DNA of 64,000 bases from Emiliania huxleyi CCMP1516 (lineage: Eukaryota): assembly GCF_000372725.1 (NCBI RefSeq), contig NW_005202427.1, forward strand, positions 186,001-250,000, in the 5' to 3' direction. This document shows positions 1-10,820 of this stretch, in pieces. Both the position numbers and the translations under genes were made by a program. How positions within the stretch are numbered: position 1 is the stretch's first letter; every line of letters begins with the position of its first letter. The notes beneath the pieces are model-generated. The model saw nothing but the letters and a program-made list of their open reading frames with translations. It was not told the DNA's origin and searched no databases.

Positions 1-444
1 CTACGTTCCTCTCTGGAGATAAAGCTAAATGTGGCGCACCTCAAGTATGCGTTGCGTCGCTTACCTCGCGTTGCGGGGTGCTGCAGATATTATTGCTGCG
101 GGGGCGCTGCTGGTGAGTGGTGTGCGTGTCCTCTCAGGAGAGTGAGAGACTCACGAGCTAGAGGCAACCGAGAGAGGACTCTTGAGCTCCTAGCGCAGTG
201 TGAAGATGTGTGTGCCCCCCGTGAGCCACAATACTGATCATGATTAGGTAGTATAGGGGTAGAGGGTTGCCCAAAACTTAGACCTGCTCGCAGACGAGCG
301 CTGAACTTAGCCCCCGGAAGGGAACGGGCTCAAACTTAGACGCTGTTGATCGGAGGACGGAGCTTACGGACGAACTTGACGACACGAGGCGGCCAGATCC
401 GGGGGTCTCTAAATTAAATATTCTTAGCTTCGCCCTTGCCTCCG

Positions 445-601
445 ACGCTAGAGTCAGAACCCACAGAGATACATACGTCAAAGGGACTGCCAAATGTCGC
501 CGTCCTCGGGGCATGCTACCCTGATCCCTGTGTAAGCAGGGCAGGTGGGGGAGGGGGGCAGTCCCTTTGACGTATGTATCTCTGGGTTCTGTCTCTAGCG
601 T
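445..601. repeat. Foldback: about 46-bp near-perfect inverted repeat with 65-bp spacer
   Basis: ACGCTAGAGTCAGAACCCACAGAGATACATACGTCAAAGGGACTGCC (445-491) matches the reverse complement of 557-601 with one substitution and a 2-bp indel. Confidence 0.85.
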
Positions 602-804
602 AATGTGCTTACCTCGCTCTAGCGTAATTCCCCCGGTAATGTGCTACGCGTATGGGCCGCCGCTTGAACGCTTCCAGTTCAGCCATAATCTATCCAGCCA
701 ACGTCGGTTAGGGACCTCTCTGCAATCGAGTGGCCCCCGGTTCGAAGTCGACTGTTGTTGTTGTCTTGGGGTGTCATGGCCAGAGGGCTGCTCTCGGCCG
801 TGGC

Positions 805-897
805 GCGCGCCGCTGCAGCATCTTGACGTTGGTGCCGCCCTTGCCAATCAGCCGGCCGACCACATTGCGCGGCACCATCACGTAGCCGTGCACGGGT
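805..897 (-). pseudogene. Isolated KH RNA-binding domain fragment
   Basis: Minus-strand frame reads PVHGYVMVPRNVVGRLIGKGGTNVKMLQRR, containing the KH GxxG loop. It is bounded by stop codons and no full gene is present. Confidence 0.6.
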
Positions 898-1669
898 TGA
901 CCCCACCAATTTTTTGTTCACATCTGAGCGGGCTCAATTTTTGCTCTAGGTGGCCTCCTACGATTCAAACTCGCGTTCTCAGGCAGATGCCACTGGTGCG
1001 TTGTCGTTTTTCGTCCCAGGCGTCCGGCAAAAAGTGTAAACGCTGGATCCCATGGGTCCAAAACCTAACAGCGCCATCGCCACTTTGCCGCGCATAACAA
1101 AGAACCCTGCACAAAGATCGCAAGGGCGGGGACCTGTTCCTTTTTACCCACCTCACAGTAGAGGTGTCCGTTTTTTCTTTATTTATTTGCCGCGCATGCC
1201 CTCCTCTCAGCCCCCGTGCGCAAGTCGCGCACCACTTTTTGTACAACAGCTGGCCCGCCGCACAGGCGAAGAAAAATTTTAGGCAACCCTAACGATCACG
1301 GTGAGCCTCTAGGTCACCACGGCCGTGCCACGGCCGACTTAGCCCGCAAAAGAGGCAGGCTCCAGCGGATCGCTTAGACCGCGAAAGCACCCCTCGGCGC
1401 GGGAGCACCCCAGCGTGACCACCACACCTCCATACAGTTGACAGTTGTAGCGAGCGCGTGACACCGAGGTCTCTCCACACTTGAACCCGTTTTAAGTCTC
1501 GAGGCTTAGAACTTCTAACCAGGCTGCCCAACCAGACCAGTGTACTGATCTAAACTGTGTGAACCCTACCCTTTTTCAGGACAAAAGCCATCTCACCGAC
1601 GGCCTCTCTGGCCACTGTGCCATCTCGTTTTCGCTTGTTCACGTTCACCGCGCAGTCGCGCGACGACAG

Positions 1670-3990
1670 CTATACCGAACCATGAAGCATGACCATGAGC
1701 GGCTGGCGGCCGAGCACGGAATAATTCGCGTACACGTTTCGCCCCGCGGTGAGCCAAGGCACGTAGAGCGCGCGCGACCAACTTGGCGAGCGATCCGCGT
1801 CCAGGAACGGGCGGCGCGCCCAGACGTGCCACCCGGCCCGCGAGCGCGGAGCAGCGTCGCCCGGGAGCTCAAGATCGACGATCACGTCGCAGCGGTCCTC
1901 GCTGGTGTAGGCGGCGGGCTCGTCGCGGTTGCCGTCGTTGAAATGAGCGTGGATGGCGCGTGATCCGTCGGGGGGTGGGGCTGAGAATGGCGACGGCAGC
2001 AGCCCGTCGAAGCCCGCGCGGTAGAAGGCGGGCGTGGCGCCAAGCGGGAGGAAGAAGGACGAGGGGTACCTGGGCGGCCGACGCGAGGCGTGGCGTGCTC
2101 GCGGCGCCGCGTGGAGGTGGCACGGCGCGGCGGCGAGGGGGCGAGCCGCACCGATACCACTCCTTGCCGCTGCACACACGGAGCGGCGAGTCGTCTGCGC
2201 GGCTCGAGAGGGCCGCGCTCACCTCGGAGTAGACCTCGAGCGGCGCGCCGTAGTAGGAGACGAGTGCGCCGACGCGCCCCGCCGAGAGGAGAGCCGACGC
2301 GGCGAGAGCGGCCGCAGGCAAGCCCCAGAGGGGAGGCCAAACGCCGTGCGGCCCGCCCTCCCTGCCACGCTGCGCGCGCCGTGGGGCGCACCGCGCGAGC
2401 AGCGCGGCGGCGACGCGGCGCGCCTCGCTGGCGGCTAGGGCGGCGGCAAGGAGGAAGAGGGGGTACGCGGGGAAGAGGAAGCGCTCCTCCTTGTGGGGTA
2501 TGGCGGAGTAGAATGCGAGCCAGAGGTAGCCGCCGCTCAGCAGCACCGCCGCGCGGCCGGGCCGGGGAGGCGGCTCTCCTGCAGCAGCCGGCACGAGGCG
2601 GCCGGCGAGGAGGAGGAGCGGCGCGAGGAGCAGCGCGGGGAGGGCGAGGTTGAGATTGAGGCACAAGTTGCGGAGGTAAAAGTGCCTGCGGGACGGGCCG
2701 TCGAGGACGCGTCGGCGGGGAGGGAGTGGGCCGAGGCTGCATTGCGGCAAAGCACCACGGCTCGACGCCGTACAGCTGCGAGCCCTGAGTGAGAGGGCGA
2801 GAGGGCGAGTGTGGGTGATGAGAGGGCGAGAGGGCAAGGGCGAGAGGAGAGGGAGAGACGGCCCATCGCCGGTGCGGCCTCGAGCCACGACGGACGGGGT
2901 GTGCAGCCTCGGCTACCTCCTCTCGGGCTCCTCTCTCGCCCTCTCGCGCCTCCCCGGAGGCGGCGGAGCGGTTGTACAACAGCAAGTTGAGCCAGGGGAG
3001 GACGAAACGGCCGTAGTAGTAGCCGTCGACCGCCGCGGAGGGTGCGGCGAGCAGCGCGCCCGCGAGCAGCGCGCGCGCGACGAACCGGCGCAGCCCGAGC
3101 GCCACGACGGCGTCAATCGCCAGCGGCGCGGCGAGGACGCACAGAAAGGGCCAGCCGAGCAGGCAGCCGGCCGCAACCTGTGCGAAGGCGGCGAGGGGGG
3201 GAGGGAGGGGGGGGCTGAGCAGCGAGCCCGCGACACGCCCGCCGTGGAGCGGTGGGCGGGCGGGAACAGCGCTCACCCAAAAGATTGCGGCGCCGTACGC
3301 CTTGCGGACGCTGCGGTCCGCGGGCGGCGAGCCGGCTGGGAGGGCTGGGAGGGAGGCGTCCATCCAAGCGGTCCACGCGGCGAGGACGCAGAGCATCGCG
3401 AAGGAGGAGGGGAGCAGCGCGACCGCGGCGTGCCACATGCCCGCGCTGCTCAGCAGCAGAGCCCACAGAGCGACCCCCGCCTCGCCGCTCGCCCAGGCAC
3501 AGGTGCGGGCGGCAAGTCGAGCCTCGAGGACGGCCGAGGTGCAGCCGAGCGCGCACCGCACGGCGAGGAACACCGAGACCTTGCTGCGCAGCACCGAGGA
3601 GGCGAGCCGGGCAAAGGCGGCGTGCATGGCCAGGTAGGCGTAGGAGCGGAGCCCAAACACTGGGCTGTACTCCCACGTCTGCAGCCCGCGACCGTACAGA
3701 AGGTAGTGCAGCGGCTCCCTGCACCGCAGTGGGAGGACAGTGAGAGCGCGTACTCTGCGACGGGCCTGTTGATTCAACGCAAACGGCGACCAGTAGTTGA
3801 AGGCTTCGTCGCAGTCAGTGATCGGCGAAGCGAGAGCACCGTAAAGGCGCACGGCGAGCAGCGGCGGCAGCAGCAGCGCGAGTCTCGGCCGGTAAGGTCG
3901 CGGCAGATGCCCGGCGGAGGACGATCGCGGCGCCTTCGCATCTGGTGTCTGTGGCGGGGCAGCAGCGGCGCGGCGTCGGCGTGCAGCCAT
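1670..3990 (-). CDS. ALG9: Alpha-1,2-mannosyltransferase, GT22/ALG9 type (multi-exon)
   Basis: Motifs ITDCDEAFNYW, EPLHYLLYGRGLQTWEYSPVFGLRSYAY, ALLPSSFAM, LLGWPF, PHKEERFLFPAYP, VCSGKEWYR-YPSSFFLP and FLDADRS are spread across frames, implying introns. ATG at 3990. Confidence 0.9.
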
Positions 3991-4360
3991 TTTTATAGAA
4001 AAGAATTCATCCCGCTGTGCTTGGTACACTTTTGTTCTCTGATTGGGGATATGACTCTAGTCTCTACCCGAAGAGAAACCACGCATGACTAGACCGCGCG
4101 GAGACGGGGGCGCGCTAAATACCCGCTCTCACAGGGCCGAATAAGGCACCACGAGGCCGGACCTGCCGGCGGACCGCGCCCCACACACCAGTGTGCGCAG
4201 TGTGCCAGTGCGGCACTGCACACTGGCTTCCTCCTCCTGAGCATGGTACGTGTACAGAATATAAAGCTAGTCCTCGGCGGTGCTGCGGCAGCCGTCGTCG
4301 TGGAGGCTTGCAGCCGGCCGCGCCACCGGCGGCGCTCACGCAATCTCTTTCGCTGGGCAC

Positions 4361-4816
4361 CTATCGCGCCGCAGACTGCAGCTGCAGCAGCAGCTGCTGC
4401 TTGAGGTAGGTCTTGTTGCGCGGCATGTAGTGCTTTGTGGCGGGCGCGAAGATGAGTGCCGACAGGTCGGCCATGCTGTCAATGTAGACGTGCAGATCCT
4501 CCACCGTGTACGACAGCTCGCGCGCCTGCGGGTTGAGCGCCTTGAGCTGCCGCTCGTACGACGAGACAAAGTAGTCGAGGGCCTGGCGCAGCGTAGGGTG
4601 CTCCGACCACGTCCGGGTCGCCAAATTCTTCGTCTCCTGCAGCAGCATGATCGTGTGCCCGCCGGCGCCGGCGCCTTGGCTCACCTGTTGCGGCTTCGGC
4701 GCTGCGAGCTTCCGCGGCTGGCCCCTGGCGACCTGCCCCGGTTTGCGCGTCGAAGCCATCTTCTTGGCGATGGTGAGCTGCTGAGGCTTCGCGGCGGGCG
4801 CCTTGGACTTTGCCAT
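4361..4816 (-). CDS. ERH: Enhancer of rudimentary homolog with basic N-terminal extension
   Basis: GHTIMLLQ...TRTWSEH...SYERQLKALNP...LSYTVEDLHVYIDSMADLSALIF...HYMPRNKTYLKQQL matches the ER family pattern. Intronless 151 aa. Confidence 0.9.
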   Translation of the reverse strand: MAKSKAPAAKPQQLTIAKKMASTRKPGQVARGQPRKLAAPKPQQVSQGAGAGGHTIMLLQETKNLATRTWSEHPTLRQALDYFVSSYERQLKALNPQARELSYTVEDLHVYIDSMADLSALIFAPATKHYMPRNKTYLKQQLLLQLQSAAR

Positions 4817-4988
4817 GGCGCACCAGAGGAGTCTTGGCGGCCCTCTTTAAGAAGTGTTTCTTTCGGGCGATTAGAGGCGACGCCTGCATACACTGCTCTC
4901 CATGCAATTCTCCCTCCTCCTTTTATCTCTAAGAGCTAGGGAAAAAAGAAAAACGCGATCTCATCATCGCCAACACCCCGGTGTGTTT

Positions 4989-7883
4989 ATGGAGGCGCTC
5001 CTCGATCGTGTCCGTGCGAGCATGCGCGGCCTGGTGCCGGCCACCGAGTACGACAAGGTGTACAACGACGAGTGCGTGCTCAGCTTCGACAGCCCGTTCT
5101 CGCCGGGCGGCCTTTACGTCTCGCTGCGCACCTACCTCGGCTTTGGAGCGCAGCACGTGCAGGCGGCGTCGATGAGGAGCGGCGAGACGCTGTACGTGCA
5201 CCTGCAGAAGCGCCGCACGCTGCGGCCCAAGAGCGACGCACCCGACGCCGCGCCGACCAAAATGGCGCTCGGCGTCGAGGGCGGCTTCAGCGTCGACGGC
5301 CCGCAGTACGACGAGTCGACCGAGGCTGCGCTGGTGCTGATGCCGTCGGGGGAGCGCGTGCCGCTCCCGTGCCAGGAGCTCCCCGAGTTTGTGTCGACGT
5401 GCTGCCAGGCGATCGTCACGCACGTCGGCGCGATGCAGCAGCGGAAGGAGAGCGCTGTCGCGTGGGAGGCGGAGACTCTGCCCTCTAAGTACGCAGAGGA
5501 GCTGGTGCAGCTGCCGCCGCACAAGAAGATCTCTCCCGACCCGGCGGCGTGGGTGTGCGAGGAGTCGGGCATGCGCGAGAACCTCTGGCTCAACCTCTCC
5601 GACGGCCACATCGGCTCGGGGCGGCGCCAGTGGGACGGGTCGGGCGGCACGAACGGCGCGCTGAACCACTACGAGGAGACCAAGAAGCACTTCCCGCCGC
5701 ACGGTTTCCCGCTCGTGGTCAAGCTGGGCACAATCACGCCGCACGGCGCCGACGTCTACTCCTACGCCGACGACGAGAACTCGGAGGTGACCGACCCGAA
5801 GCTGGCGGAGCACCTGGCGCACTGGGGCAGCGACGCAGCCCCGGCGGAGGAGGAGGCCTGCCTTGGCCTTGCGGGAGGCTTCTCGGGCCCCTCCTGTAGG
5901 CATCGACGTGATGAGGATGGAGAAGACGGCGCAGTCGGTGACCGAGATGAACATCGCGGCGAACGAGTCGCTCGAGCTCGACAAGATCACCGAGGCGGGC
6001 AAGGACCTCGCGCCACTCACCAGCCGCGGCTACCTCGGGCTCAACAACCTCGGCAACTCGTGCTACGTCAACTCGGTCCTCCAGCTCCTCTTCACGCTGC
6101 CCGAGTACCAGACCCTGCACCCCGCCGCGCCAGCCATCTTCGCGACCGCCCCCTCCGACCCAACCGGCGACCTGCCCTCGCAGCTCGCAAAGCTGGGAGG
6201 CGCACTGCTCGGCGACCGGTACAACCCGGGCGGCGACGGCGCGCCGCCGCCGCCGCCCGTTCCGGAGGGCGGGGAGGAGGGGCCGGCGCCCGAGGCTGCG
6301 GTGGCGCCGCGCATGCTCATCTCCCTCGTCGGCAAGGGGCACAGCGAGTTCTCCTCCTCGCGCCAGCAGGACGCCGCCGAGTACCTCCGCCCCCTCTTTG
6401 GAGGATTTGGCCGCACCAAAACCCCCCCGGGCGCCCGGTTGGGGAAAGGGGTCCCGGCCCTGGGGGAACTTTCCTCCTTTTCCCTCGAGGAACGGGTTAA
6501 GGCCCCCGGGCAGGTTCCCCGGGGGGGAACTCCCAACCCGGGGGGAATTTCAAAGGCCCCCCCCCCCCCCCCCTTCCTCACCCCCTGTTCCGGCCCCCCC
6601 CCCCCCCTCCCCCTCCCCGCCACCCCTCCCGCAGGTTGCCTACAAGCGAGTGCCGGGCAGCGCGCTCTCGCTCCAGATCCCGCTCGAGCTCGCCTCCAAC
6701 GCCGCGGAGGTTGCGGCGCACGAGGCCAAGGAGGACAAGCGGCAAAAGCTCGACCCGGCGGCGGCGCCTCCGCCCGACGACCCCGTCGTGCCGCTCGTCT
6801 CTTTCGAGGCGCCCGGGCCCCCCTGTGAGGGCGGGATGAGCGCACGCCTCCACCCTTGACCGTCGCATCGGCACTGTCTCGGGCGGGGCTCACGAGCGCG
6901 CGGACACACACGCCCGAGGCGGCAGGCGCAGCATCACACACGCGCCGTCACGGCCGCGCCTCCTCCGCCTCCGCACCGCGCAGGCGTGCCTCTCTCGCTA
7001 CCTCGCCGTCGAGACGCTCGAGAACTTCCGCGGCCACGCCGGCGCCGCCAAGACGACCCGCTTCGCCACCTTCCCGCGCGTGCTCGTCGTGCAGCTCTCC
7101 CGCTACTACACCGACGCCGACTGGACGGCCAAGAAGATGGCGGTGGCGGTGCCCGTGCCGGAGACTCTCTCCCTCGAGGCCTTCCGCGGCGGCGGGCTGC
7201 AGCCGGGCGAGTCGCCCCTCCCCGACGAGCCGAACGAGCCGGCGCCGGCGCCGGCGCCGGCCGCCTCGCCGCAGCCGGATGAGGCCATCGTCGCGCAGCT
7301 CGTCTCGATGGGCTTCTCGGAGAATGGCGCGCGCCGCGCCGCGCTCGCCGTCTCGAACAGCTCGCCGGAGGCGGCGACGGAGTGGGTCTTCGCGCACATG
7401 GAGGACGCGGACTTCAACGACCCCCTCCCGCCGCCAGGGAGCAGCGGGCAGGCCGGCGGCGGAGGCGGCGGAGGCGGCCCCGAGGCGAGCCCGGAGGCGA
7501 TCGAGATGCTTTCGGCCATGGGCTTCACCGAGCGGCAGGCGCGCGGCGCGCTGGCAGCGACGGGCGGCGCAGTTGAGCGCGCGGCCGACTGGCTCTTCTC
7601 CAGGACCGACGACCTCGAGAGCGCCGTCGCGGCCGCTCTCGGCGAGGGCGGCGGCGGCGGCGGTGGCGGTGGCGCGGCGGCGGCGGAGGATGATGGGCCG
7701 GGGGAGTACGACTTGGTTGGCTTCATATCGCACATGGGCTCGAACACGTCGTGCGGCCACTATGTGTGCCACCTCAAGAAGGATGGCCGCTGGGTGCTAC
7801 ACAACGACCGGAAGGTTGCCGTGTCGGAGGCGCCGCCCCTCGAGCTCGGCTACATCTACTGCTTCCGCAGGCGCGACGCGTGA
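4989..7883 (+). CDS. USP5: Ubiquitin C-terminal hydrolase, USP5/USP13/UBP14 type (multi-exon)
   Basis: KVYNDECVLSFDSP; ZnF-UBP region ENLWLNLSDGHIGSGRRQWDGSGGTNGAL; Cys box GLNNLGNSCYVNSVLQ; QQDAAEY; two UBA domains (MGFSENGARRA, MGFTERQARGAL); His box SHMGSNTSCGHYVCH. GC-AG intron at 5827-5899. Sequence at 6385-6635 looks garbled. Confidence 0.95.
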
Positions 7884-8586
7884 AGGATACGCCTTCCACG
7901 CGCGCAGGACGGGCCACGAACCCGAGCCGTTCGCCGCTGGCCTGGCGCGAAGCGCTCCTCCATTGTGGCAATGGCGAATGCCGATTTCACTAGCGCCCAG
8001 GGCACGCGCGGGGAACTCGAGCAGACACCCGAGACAGGCAGGCACTCTTGCGTCTTTTGGGTAGACAGTGTTCGCAGATTTGTCTTGTCTATATACTATA
8101 TTACATCATCTCGACTTTCTTGCATGCCCTCCTGGGTCCCTCAGTGGCGTCCGGCGTGCGGCACCCTCCCCCAAATACGTATAAGGTATATGTGCCCTCG
8201 ATTCGGACGGGACTTCGGGAGGCCGAGCGCCTCTCCGCCAGCCGCCTCCACCATACACCAACCGGGTCGCGGCCCTCGAGGCTCGATGACCATCCCTGTC
8301 GGCGTCGTCGTCGGCGCACGCTGGACGACTCCGAGACGGAGCTCGGAGGACGACGAGGCCCCGTGTGCAGTGTCACGCATCAAAAGATACACCGCACGGC
8401 GCCCCCCTGAGATTTGATTGAGATGTAGATGAGCTCGCAAGCTCGCGCATGTGTTTCGTCGATCGGCCGTCCTCTTCACACATCTCATTGAGATTGTTAT
8501 TCAAATTCCATGTTCACAGCAATTGTCTCCCCCTTTTTTTTCACCACCTGAGATCCCGAATCTCAGCCCTGCAATTATGACCCCAA

Positions 8587-8720
8587 CTGCCATGCCCTGC
8601 CCTGCCCTGCCCTGCCGTACTGCCCTGCCCGCACACTGCCGCACAACTGCCCTGCCCGATCCCCTACCTGCCCCGGGTGTGAAACCCACACTGCCCTGCC
8701 CTGCCCAAACCACACTGCCG
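8587..8720. repeat. CTGCC-based low-complexity repeat
   Basis: Multiple imperfect (C)CTGCC units. Confidence 0.7.
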
Positions 8721-9021
8721 GGGTGTTAATACCTGCCCGCTCGCGAGGTCTCGGAGAAACTTAAGGTACACGTATATGCGAACACCATCAAGTGATCAGA
8801 ACGCGCGGCGCCGCCACCCTGCTATGGGTGCCAGAGATACGCCTATATCACAAAAAGTCGCGGGGACCCTCCCTCCGTCGGCCGTCCTCGTCGACAAACT
8901 TACGATCTCCGCTCCAGTGCCGCTGTCGCCTGTCTGCTATTGGTCCGCAAGATCCGAGCTCCCGCGAGGTTCACAGCGGAGTCGGCTGGGGCTACCAGAC
9001 AGCGCTGCCGCTACCGTGGGG

Positions 9022-10632
9022 ATGCTGTGGGATTCGAGCGATCCATGGAGAGCCGCGACCGTTCGAGGCGTCGTTGTGGTCCTGCTCACCCTGCTCTGCT
9101 ATGCGATCACAATAAGCTATCTGGACTATAAACGCCGCAAGCGGCTCACCGCGGAACTATCTCCGGAGGAATTCATCACCGCGCGAGGACGGGTGTCCTC
9201 CTTATCCATCGCCTTTTCGTGGTTCGCAACTAGCATGGGATCGTGGTGCCTGGTAACACCTCCCAGCTATGGGTCGTTTGCCGGGTTGCTCGGCGTAATC
9301 ATGTATGCTGTTGCCTGTGGAGGGGCGGTGGTGAGCATGGCGTACATCGGCGGAGCGGCTCGTGCTCTTTACCCTGAAGCGTGTTCTTTGCCCGATTTTA
9401 TGCGTCGGCGCTTCAGCGGACGAGCAGCCGCCTCGGGCCGGTTGGCACAGGGGCTTGCTGTTACGATGAACCTGTTCAATATGTGCGTCGCACTCGCCGC
9501 CGAATACACCACATTTCTCGAACTCCTCCGGTCCTACAGCGGGCTCCCTTTTCGTATTGCTCTCTGCCTGCTCATCGCCATGGCGCTGGCCACTCTCGCC
9601 TACACCATCGCAGGAGGGCTCTTCGTTTCCATCATGACGGACCGCCTTCAGGCCATCGCTGCCCTCTCCTTGGTCGGAGTCTTGCTTGTGTTCACTGCTA
9701 GCGTCGTCCCGTGGGATGGGCTCCCGCCGCTCTCTCCTGAGCTCAAGGGCTACACCTATTCTGGGTACTCTTCCATCCTCACCATGCCGCTCGGCCTCCT
9801 TGTCGGCGGCGCCCTGTTTTCTGAGGCGATGTGGCAACGGGTATGGGCGATCGAGGAGCGCCGCGCAATGGCCCGCGCGGCTTGGACTGCTGGTTTTGCG
9901 GTGGCCGCGGTCATATTCTTCTTCGGCTTCGTGGGTTTCCTCGCAGTCTGGTCGGGCAAGGCAACCGCTGAAACAAACATGAACCTCTACTTTTTTGCCA
10001 TCTTTAACGATAGCCCGATCGCGAGCCTCACCAACCTCCCAGGCTACCTGTCGATGCTTTGCGCCTGCATTATGAGCGCCGGCGCTGCCGACTCGATGCA
10101 AAACGCGATCGCTGCCACGGTTGGCTCGTCGCTCTTGCGCGGACGCCCGCTCTGGACGACGCGCGCGTGCGTTGTTCTCTGCAACGCTGCGCTCCTGCTC
10201 GTCGCCTGCGCCTCGGTACCCGTCCTCTCCCTCTTTCTTACAAGCAATCTCGCCGCCACTTGTTTGATGCCCTCGGTGATGATGAGCCTAATTCCTGGGA
10301 CGTGCGTGCGTGCCGCCGTCACCGAGGGATCGCTCATGCTGGGCGCGGTCGGAGGCGTGGGTGGGCTTTCAGCGTACGGCATCTACAAGGCAGGAGGAGG
10401 ACTTGGTGCCGGCTTGGCCTTGGCGTGGCTGGGGAACGAGTACGCGTACGACTATTTTCTTGTCGCCTTGGGAGGGGCGTCGGTTGGCGTTGTGGTTGGC
10501 GTCACCGTCGGTTTGCTGCTGCGCTCCTGCTCGCCCGGGAATGCTGGGGCCGATGCCGACTACGCGGCCGAGTTTTGGGCCGGAAGCCACGGCATGAGAA
10601 GTGGGCGGCCTCGGAAGACGGAGCTAAAGTGA
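9022..10632 (+). CDS. Sodium:solute symporter family membrane transporter (DUR3/SSS-like), intronless
   Basis: About 13 hydrophobic segments. Motifs EEFITARG, FATSMGSW, SLPDFMRRRF, AYTIAGGLFVSIMTDRLQA, MWQRVWA and SAGAADS are typical of SSS transporters. Start chosen at ATG 9022, in frame with ORF 8776..10632. Confidence 0.8.
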   Translation: MLWDSSDPWRAATVRGVVVVLLTLLCYAITISYLDYKRRKRLTAELSPEEFITARGRVSSLSIAFSWFATSMGSWCLVTPPSYGSFAGLLGVIMYAVACGGAVVSMAYIGGAARALYPEACSLPDFMRRRFSGRAAASGRLAQGLAVTMNLFNMCVALAAEYTTFLELLRSYSGLPFRIALCLLIAMALATLAYTIAGGLFVSIMTDRLQAIAALSLVGVLLVFTASVVPWDGLPPLSPELKGYTYSGYSSILTMPLGLLVGGALFSEAMWQRVWAIEERRAMARAAWTAGFAVAAVIFFFGFVGFLAVWSGKATAETNMNLYFFAIFNDSPIASLTNLPGYLSMLCACIMSAGAADSMQNAIAATVGSSLLRGRPLWTTRACVVLCNAALLLVACASVPVLSLFLTSNLAATCLMPSVMMSLIPGTCVRAAVTEGSLMLGAVGGVGGLSAYGIYKAGGGLGAGLALAWLGNEYAYDYFLVALGGASVGVVVGVTVGLLLRSCSPGNAGADADYAAEFWAGSHGMRSGRPRKTELK

Positions 10633-10820
10633 TCGCCGTGTGCTCCCGGAGAACAACACACACGCGCGTCGAGACACGCGCGAGGAGGACCCCAGCTCCG
10701 CCTCCGGAGAGGCAAAACAGATAACAGTAAACACCCATCCTCGTAAAGTACAGGGGTACGTTTGGCATGCAAATGAGTATACTCAAATATACTGCGGACA
10801 CACACGCCCGGCTCACATGG

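Larger units (their letters stand above)
263..1290. mobile_element. Possible non-autonomous TIR element (hAT-like ends) carrying a nested foldback and a KH-domain fragment
   Basis: AGGGTTGCCCAAAA (263-276) and TTTTAGGCAACCCT (1277-1290) are inverted, 13/14 identical. No target-site duplication seen. Confidence 0.35.

Noticed and set aside
6385..6635. Apparent divergent insertion in USP5
   Set aside because: Long homopolymer runs with residual FSLEER similarity suggest low-quality sequence rather than biology.
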